Shown: positions 35,986 to 42,500 of the stretch, piece by piece
Position numbering within the stretch: the stretch's first letter is position 1
Layout of the letters: each line of letters begins with the position of its first letter
Origin: Verrucomicrobiota bacterium
GTDB taxonomy: Bacteria; Verrucomicrobiota; Verrucomicrobiia; Chthoniobacterales; UBA10450
Direction: 5' to 3'
Assembly (NCBI GenBank): GCA_041167565.1
Contig: JBEEHU010000004.1
Span: 10,699 to 74,698 of the forward strand
Length of the DNA: 64,000 nt
Made by a program: the position numbers and the translations under genes
The notes under the pieces: model-generated
Seen by the model: only the letters and a program-made list of their open reading frames with translations
Told to the model about the DNA's origin: nothing
The model's database searches: none

Positions 35986-36489
35986 ATGGCACAACCTTAC
36001 GTCGGTGAAATCAGAATGTTCGCGGGGAACTTTGCCCCGGCTGGGTGGATGTTTTGCGAAGGGCAATTACTTCCCATCTCGGAGAATGAAACGCTCTTTC
36101 AATTGATCGGCACGACCTATGGCGGTGATGGCCAATCGACCTTCGCCCTGCCGGATTTGCGCGGTCGGCTTCCGATGCATCAGGGTAACGGATTTATCCT
36201 GGCCGAAACTGGCGGCGCGGAGGAGGTCACTCTTACGGTGCAGCAAATTACGAGTCATGGCCATGCGGCAACAGGTTCCAGCGCTACAGCGACTAGCCAG
36301 ACTCCCACCAACCTGGTGCTGGCAGCGACACAGGCGACCACTTACTTCAATCTCGCTGATAACCCGGGAACGATGTCGCCTTTATCTATTGGTCCGATTG
36401 GCGGAAGTCAGCCTCATACGAACTTCCAGCCTTACCTGTGCGTCGATTTCATCATTTCACTCTTTGGCATTTTCCCGTCGCCAACCTAA
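35986..36489 (+). CDS. phage tail-collar domain protein (MdpB-like), paralog B
   Basis: MAQPYVGEIRMFAGNFAPAGWMFCEGQLLPISENETLFQLIGTTYGGDGQSTFALPDLRG ... GGSQPHTNFQPYL. The 11-nt spacer carries AAGGAG. Confidence 0.85.
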   Translation: MAQPYVGEIRMFAGNFAPAGWMFCEGQLLPISENETLFQLIGTTYGGDGQSTFALPDLRGRLPMHQGNGFILAETGGAEEVTLTVQQITSHGHAATGSSATATSQTPTNLVLAATQATTYFNLADNPGTMSPLSIGPIGGSQPHTNFQPYLCVDFIISLFGIFPSPT

Positions 36490-36500
36490 GGAGAATTATT

Positions 36501-37016
36501 ATGGCCGATCCATTTGTTGCTGAAATCAGAATCTTTCCCTTCAACTTTGCACCGAAAGGTTGGGCCTGGTGCGACGGACAGTTGATGCCGTTATCGCAGA
36601 ACACGGCCCTGTTCTCGCTGTTAGGCACCACTTACGGTGGCGACGGTAAGTCAAACTTCGCGCTTCCCGATTTGCAGGGCCGCGCCCCAATGCATCCCGG
36701 ACAAGGACCTGGACTATCACTGCATGATCTTGGCGAAACGGGCGGGTCCGAGACTGTCACGCTTCTGCAATCTGAGATCCCCGCCCATTCCCACGCGCTC
36801 CAAGGGGTCGAAGATGACGGGACATTCAAGACCCCGCAAAATATGTTTCTGGCAGGTGGCAACCAGATGTACCTCACGCCTCCGGTCATCAATACAAGTC
36901 TCGCGCCCCAAGCTGTGGGCCCCGCGGGCGGTGACCAGCCGCATAACAACATGCAGCCGTACCTGACTTTCTACTTCTGCATCGCGTTGCAGGGAGTGTA
37001 TCCGCCGAGGACGTAA
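36501..37016 (+). CDS. phage tail-collar domain protein (MdpB-like), paralog C
   Basis: Trimmed to MADPFVAEIRIFPFNFAPKGWAWCDGQLMPLSQNTALFSLLGTTYGGDGKSNFALPDLQG ... GGDQPHNNMQPYL. The 11-nt spacer carries AAGGAG. Confidence 0.85.
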   Translation: MADPFVAEIRIFPFNFAPKGWAWCDGQLMPLSQNTALFSLLGTTYGGDGKSNFALPDLQGRAPMHPGQGPGLSLHDLGETGGSETVTLLQSEIPAHSHALQGVEDDGTFKTPQNMFLAGGNQMYLTPPVINTSLAPQAVGPAGGDQPHNNMQPYLTFYFCIALQGVYPPRT

Positions 37017-37026
37017 AGACAGTGAC

Positions 37027-37050
37027 AAGTGACGAGTGACGTGTGACGAG
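37027..37050 (+). repeat. GTGAC-word 24-mer, direct-repeat copy 1
   Basis: aagtgacgagtgacgtgtgacgag. 23/24 identical to 37533-37556. Confidence 0.7.
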
Positions 37051-37062
37051 TTTGGCCGGACT

Positions 37063-37545
37063 ATGCCGGCTAGCTTATCATTGCGTCTTCGGCCGGTAAC
37101 GCCGGAGGACGATTCGTTTTTGGCCGGCCTGTATGCCAGCACGCGGGCGGAGGAATTGGCCGTCACCGGCTGGAGCGACGAAGACAAGGCGATCTTCTGC
37201 GGGAGACAATTCGATGCGCAGAGCGCGCATTACCGGGAACATTATCCCGGCGCTCTCTTGCAGGTCGTCGAGAGAGACGGTGTCGCGATCGGGAGATTGT
37301 ATGTGGCGCCTTGGGAACGCGAGATCCGCATCATGGACATCGCGCTCCTGCCCGAATTTCGCGGCGCCGGCATCGGCACGCAGCTCGTGCGCGCATTGCA
37401 AGATGAAGCGAGCTCAGCCGGCAAGACGCTCACGATCCACGTCGAGCGTTTCAATCCGGCCTTGCGGCTTTACGAGCGGCTCGGTTTCAAGATCGTTGAA
37501 GACAAGGGAGTGTATTTGCTGATGGAGGGGGGAAGTGACGCGTGA
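37063..37545 (+). CDS. GNAT-family N-acetyltransferase
   Basis: Trimmed to MPASLSLRLRPVTPED. Acetyl-CoA motif A EFRGAGIGTQLV, and NPALRLYERLGF. Confidence 0.8.
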   Translation: MPASLSLRLRPVTPEDDSFLAGLYASTRAEELAVTGWSDEDKAIFCGRQFDAQSAHYREHYPGALLQVVERDGVAIGRLYVAPWEREIRIMDIALLPEFRGAGIGTQLVRALQDEASSAGKTLTIHVERFNPALRLYERLGFKIVEDKGVYLLMEGGSDA

Positions 37546-37619
37546 CGTGTGACGAGCCGGGAAAGCCCGCGCCGGCCTTCTTCTTCAACACGTCACTCGT
37601 CACTGGTCACATGTCACTT
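37533..37619. terminator. long imperfect GTGAC-word hairpin between convergent genes (probable bidirectional terminator)
   Basis: Left arm aagtgacgcgtgacgtgtgacgag. The right arm acgtcactcgtcactggtcacatgtcactt has reverse complement aagtgacatgtgaccagtgacgagtgacgt. The result is a 24-bp stem with two 2-nt mismatches. The left arm contains the GNAT stop codon. Confidence 0.55.
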
Positions 37620-37624
37620 GCCCA

Positions 37625-37921
37625 TCAGTTAAACACTGCTTCGAAGGTGCTGCTGGTTTGGTCGGCGGCGATCTGGACGAGGAAGATTTCCATCTCGCCC
37701 AACTCCGCGTTACGCATTTTGTAAATGCCCTGCGGCAAACGGATCGGCCGCGATGCAATAAATGTGAGCGCGAACGGCCCACGGATCGATTCGAGCCGCG
37801 CGCCCAGAGGACGCGCTTCGGAAAGTTTCAGAGCCAGCGTGCCGTCAGGGAAAACGATTTCAAAATCCTGGTTCAGGCAGGCGGCGAATTGTTCGCATTC
37901 AACTTTGTCGAGCTCCAGCAT
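37625..37921 (-). CDS. small conserved-looking hypothetical protein (98 aa)
   Basis: MLELDKVECEQFAACLNQDFEIVFPDGTLALKLSEARPL...EIFLVQIAADQTSSTFEAVFN. No signal peptide. I vaguely recall a DUF family of this shape next to collar genes, but this is unverified. Confidence 0.55.
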   Translation of the reverse strand: MLELDKVECEQFAACLNQDFEIVFPDGTLALKLSEARPLGARLESIRGPFALTFIASRPIRLPQGIYKMRNAELGEMEIFLVQIAADQTSSTFEAVFN

Positions 37922-38065
37922 CAGAGAAGAATCTCACACAGAGTCCACAACGGTGCACAACGGAAAAATACGGGATGAATTTGGAAACCAGGAATCCATG
38001 AGGTGAATTCGGTTCTGCGTTTGTTCTTTTCCTGGTCTCCTGGCTTCCAGATTTATCCTTTGTGT
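37887..38065. repeat. copy 1 of the ~225-bp-period tandem duplication (5' region plus first codons of 37625-37921)
   Basis: aattgttcgcattcaactttgtcgagctccagcatcagagaagaatctcacac...ccagatttatcctttgtgt. Confidence 0.8.
37931..37948 (-). promoter_or_regulatory. degenerate copy of the 17-nt motif
   Basis: The reverse complement reads gtggactctgtgtgagat (14/17 to consensus), 9 nt upstream of ATG 37921. Confidence 0.3.
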
Positions 38066-38111
38066 CTCTTCGTGCCCGTCGTGTCAGGTCCCTCTTCCCG
38101 GCCAGGCCGCA

Positions 38112-38289
38112 AATTGTTCGCATTCAACTTTATCGAGCTCCAGCATCAGAGAAGAATCTCACACGAAGGTCACAACGGTGCACAACGATTCTGCGCGGAT
38201 GAATTTGGAAACCAAGAATCCATGAGGTGAATTCGGTTCTGCGTTTGTTCTTTTCCTGGTCTCCTGGCTTCCAGATTTATCCTTTGTGT
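38112..38289. repeat. copy 2 of the tandem duplication, with a truncated 20-codon duplicate ORF (38084-38146, minus)
   Basis: Near-identical to copy 1 except for a ~25-nt central patch. It carries ATG plus MLELDKVECEQF, then diverges to a stop after 20 codons. Confidence 0.8.
38156..38173 (-). promoter_or_regulatory. copy of the 17-nt motif
   Basis: The reverse complement reads gtgaccttcgtgtgagat, 9 nt upstream of the duplicated ATG at 38146. Confidence 0.3.
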
Positions 38290-38331
38290 TCCGTGGAAAG
38301 CCCGGCCTCGCGCTGAAGCGCTGCGTTACGG

Positions 38332-38348
38332 GTGACCTTTGTGTGAGG
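38332..38348 (+). promoter_or_regulatory. copy of the 17-nt motif, plus orientation
   Basis: gtgacctttgtgtgagg is identical to the 35119-35135 copy and faces the Tat-signal gene (ATG 38434). Confidence 0.35.
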
Positions 38349-38433
38349 TTCCCCCGCTCCGCGGTCGTCTTTTCCGAAATGGATCTTGACTTGGGATGCG
38401 AAATTTGGTCGAGTTGCGCCTCCGATTTACTTA

Positions 38434-39444
38434 ATGATCTCCGATCGCCGTTCTTTTCTCCGCGTCGGATCATTGCTGGTCTGTGGAAGCCTTCTGCGTC
38501 CCCGGTCGCTTTTTGCCCTCGGGGAGAAAACTCCCGGAGTCCTTTCGTTCGATGCGACGGAGATACGTCTCCTCGATTTCATCTCGAGCTACAGTTCGCT
38601 CGTTAGGCTCACCGGCGCTTCGGTCCTGGGCCATTTCAAACCGGAGAGCGGCTGCGGAATGCGCGTGCTCGTGCAGGTGACCGATTTCGCGAAGCTCGCC
38701 GAAGCGACGCTCCGCGCGCCCTTCAAGAGTTTTTATGCGAAGGCGAACTCGCTTTCCTTCGCTTCGCAGGGTAGCGGCCATGTGATCGAAAACCTGTCGC
38801 CGGTCGATTTCGGGGCGCGGGTTGCGCAGTTGACCAGCAACGAGAAAATCGTCTTCGCCCACGATGCGCTCAGCTACGATCCGATCGCGAAACAACTGGA
38901 CGATCCGCTGGAAAGCCTGAACGCGGGCGAGCTGAAACTCGTCAATCGTCCGACGAAAACTCCGGAGGCGTTGGCGGTCGCCATGCGCGGGACCGGAGAT
39001 GCGCGGGCGGCAGCGGTGCCGGAAGGAGAACCTTTTGCGACGTGGAAAGCGCAGTTGGTCAAATCGACCGCGCACCCGAAGGCCGCCTATCCGATCGCGG
39101 CAGCGTTTGTCCGCGGCCTGCCGGCATTCGTTGCGCTGGCCGGGACAGAGGACATGAAAAGCGCGATCGCCACGCCGTTGATTTCCAGTTCGGTCAAATC
39201 CGCGCTCGGGATGAGCGCGCGAAGCGCGATCGGGGAATTCGACCGGGTGCGCGAGATTTTTGGTCAATCGTACTCCGACGGCGCGGTCTGGCTTTACGTA
39301 GTGCTCGGCAAGCAGGTGAAAAAGGACACGCGCGGCTGGGTCGACGCCGCTCTTCTGGAGGATGTCTATTGGCGGGAAGCGTTCGACAACGCGAGCCGGA
39401 TCGAGCAGGCGTTCCAGTCGCCGGAACTCAGATCAAAGGCGTGA
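38434..39444 (+). CDS. Tat-signal hypothetical protein
   Basis: Trimmed to MISDRRSFLRVGSLLVCGSLL (twin-arginine-like S/D-R-R-x-F-L). I recognise no domain. Confidence 0.6.
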   Translation: MISDRRSFLRVGSLLVCGSLLRPRSLFALGEKTPGVLSFDATEIRLLDFISSYSSLVRLTGASVLGHFKPESGCGMRVLVQVTDFAKLAEATLRAPFKSFYAKANSLSFASQGSGHVIENLSPVDFGARVAQLTSNEKIVFAHDALSYDPIAKQLDDPLESLNAGELKLVNRPTKTPEALAVAMRGTGDARAAAVPEGEPFATWKAQLVKSTAHPKAAYPIAAAFVRGLPAFVALAGTEDMKSAIATPLISSSVKSALGMSARSAIGEFDRVREIFGQSYSDGAVWLYVVLGKQVKKDTRGWVDAALLEDVYWREAFDNASRIEQAFQSPELRSKA

Positions 39445-39546
39445 TCCCAGAGATTTCGACAATTCCGAAATAAATCTGGACACGTTTCCGCCTTTCCATT
39501 AAAAACTACGCCGACCGGTCTCTAAATTGCTGATCCTACGCCCCCT

Positions 39547-42500
39547 TTGAAATCTCAAATTAAGTTGTCCGACCTGGTCACCCAGCTTCGCGCCCGCGCC
39601 GGTGGCGCGCTGTTCGCGCTGGCTTTGCTCGGCGTAATGGCGATGCCGTCTTTCGCGGTCGCGACGCCCACGGTGACGGCGACGAAGGAAGCTACAACCG
39701 CGGGCGGTCCGGGCGGGTCAACCACGGCCGGTGGAACGATTGACTATAAGGTCACGATCAAGAACACGAGTGGGAGTGAAACCGCCGTCGGCGTTTCCCT
39801 GACGGATCCTCCGCCGGGACACACGGTCGATGTGGCTGGGTCGTTAAAGGTCTCGCCCCTCGCGTTTCCAGACGCCTATGACGCGAGCAAAAATAACCCG
39901 CTGCACGTCAACGCGACCCCTTCCGGCCTCCTCGCCAATGACAAAGGGCTTCCCACGCCCAGCGCGGTTGCGAACAGTGGGACAACGTCTCAAAATGGCG
40001 GGTTCACGGTATTCACAGACGGCAGCTTCGATTACAATCCGCCCAACAACTTTACCGGAACGGACACGTTCACTTACACGGTAACCAATACCCAACTGCC
40101 TAACGACACGGCGACCGTCACCCTGACCGTTCAGCAAGCGCCGGTCATCACGAGCGCGAATAATACTGCTTTCAAACTTAATACGGCGGGAACCTTCACT
40201 GTAACCACGACTGGCTTCCCGACCGGAGCCAGCATGGTTATCAGTGAAACCGGAGCGCTGCCCGGTGGAGTAAGTTTCGTGAATAACAACGACGGGACGG
40301 CGACCCTGGCAGGAACTCCGACCGCCAGTGGCAGTTTCCCAATCACCATTACGGCCAACAACGGCGTGACGCCGAACGCGACGCAGAACTTCACCCTGAC
40401 CGTTCAGCAAACACCCGCCATCACGAGCGCGAATAACACTACCTTCAAGGTCGGCACGGCCGGCACCTTCTCGGTCACTACGACTGGCTTCCCGACCAAT
40501 GCCAGCATGGCCATCAGCGAGACCGGCGCGCTGCCGAGTGGAGTGACTTTCGTCAATAACAATAATGGCACGGCTACGCTGGCGGGAACGCCTGCCGTGG
40601 GCACTGGTGGCACCTATCCCTTGACCATCACCGCCAGCAATGGAGTCTCGCCCGATGCGACCCAGAGCTTCACCCTGACCGTCCAGCAAGCGCCCGCCAT
40701 CACGAGCGCGAATAATACTACTTTCAAACTTAATACGGCAGGAACCTTCACTGTAACCACGACGGGCTTCCCAACCAATGCCAGCATGGCCATCAGCGAA
40801 ACCGGAGCACTGCCCGGTGGAGTAAGTTTCGTGAATAACAATGACGGCACGGCGACCCTGGCGGGCACTCCGACCGCCAGTGGCAGTTTCCCGATCACCA
40901 TTACGGCCAACAACGGCGTGACGCCCAACGCGACGCAGAACTTTACCCTGACCGTTCAGCAAGCGCCCGCCATCACGAGCGCGAATAACACGACCTTCAA
41001 GGTCGGCACGGCTGGGACCTTCTCGGTCACTACGACTGGCTTCCCGACTAATGCCAGCATGGCCATCAGCGAGGCCGGCGCGCTGCCGAGTGGAGTGACT
41101 TTCGTTAATAACAATAATGGCACGGCTACGCTGGCGGGAACGCCTGCGGCGGGCACTGGTGGCACCTATCCCTTGACCATCACCGCGAGTAACGGAGTTA
41201 CGCCCGATGCGACCCAGAGCTTCACCCTGACCGTTCAGCAAGCGCCCGCGATCACAAGCGCGAATAACGTCACGTTCACGACTGGCATCGCCGGGACCTT
41301 TAGCGTGACGACGACGGGCTTCCCGACCAATGCCAGCATGGTAATCAGCGAGAGCGGGGCGTTGCCTGGCGGCGTGACGTTTGTGAACAACAACGACGGC
41401 ACGGCAACGCTTGCCGGGACACCTGGCGCCAACACGGGCGGCACCTACCCGCTTGTCATCACGGCCAACAATGGAGTAACGCCGAACGCGACCCAGAACT
41501 TTACGCTTACTGTGAACCAGCCGCCGGTCGCCTCGGCTGACAATCCTGGCATAATCGATGCGAATACAACGCTCACCGGATTATCCTCCGGTCCGACGAA
41601 TTTGCTCACGAACGATTCGCGCGGATTCCCGATCGCCAACATCAGCTCCTATGGCGGCGGATCGATGGGTGGCTCCGTCACCGACCATGCCGCGGGCACG
41701 ACAACTACTCCGCTGCCAACCTTCGCGTCCGGTTCGATCGTGGTGAACGCCAACGGGAGCTATACCTTTACTCCGCCGACTGGCTTTACGGGCACCTACA
41801 CGTTCCAGTACCGGTTGAGCAATGTCGCGGGCAACTCGGACGCGACGGTCACGGTGCAAGTGCGGCCCAAGGCAGTCAACGATACCTTTGGTCCTCCCAA
41901 TGTCATCGGTAACGTCAGTATCGACATCGCCACCTCGGTCTTCCTCGCCAACGACATCTACAACAGTCCGGTGACCTTTAATCTGGTCAGTAACGCGACG
42001 GCCCAGGGCGGAAGTATTACCATCGCCGGCAGCACCCTTACCTATAATCCGCCGAGAGGTTATGAAGGCGCCGATACCTTCACTTATACCATCACGGACA
42101 ACAGTACGTTTACTTCTACCTCGGCCACCGTGACTATGAACGTGAGCGGGATGATCTGGTTTATTAACAACAACGCCGGCGCCTGCTCGTCGAACTGCGA
42201 TGGGCGTCTTTCGAATCCTTATACCACCCTCGCCGCCTTCAACACCGCCAATGCCCTGGCCGGCGGACTTAATCCAGACATCAACGACAACATCTTTGTC
42301 TACGAGAGCGCTGCCGGTTACTCCGGCGCGGTGACGTTGCGGACGGGCCAGAAATTGATCGGCCAGGACGCGACGGCAACCCTCGCCACCATTACTGGTC
42401 TTACCGTCCCGAGCGGCAGTACATTGCCCGCGATGAACAGCGGCAATGCCACGGTTACGAACATTACCACCAGCACGGTGACGCTAAACACCAACACGAC

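Noticed and set aside
35474-37016. Tail-collar genes as a prophage or tailocin remnant
   Set aside because: The 64 kb contains no other phage, tailocin or T6SS structural, lysis or integration gene. The three genes form a compact paralogous operon.
37533-37619. The GTGAC hairpin as an integron attC site, with the GNAT as a gene cassette
   Set aside because: The window has no intI integrase or attI. The arms lack the GTTRRRY / RYYYAAC core sites. I kept it as a repeat finding instead.
38470-39267. 265-aa minus-strand ORF opposite the Tat-signal gene
   Set aside because: The sequence is Arg-rich and low-complexity with no motifs. The plus frame has a signal peptide and normal composition.
39476-39491. 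GG-N10-GC matches before the giant gene (39476-39491) and before 53727 (tggaaccacgaaagct, 53690-53705) as sigma-54 promoters
   Set aside because: The -12 elements are poor (ccGC, aaGC). Matches of this strength are expected by chance in most 100-bp gaps. They are mentioned only as weak context.
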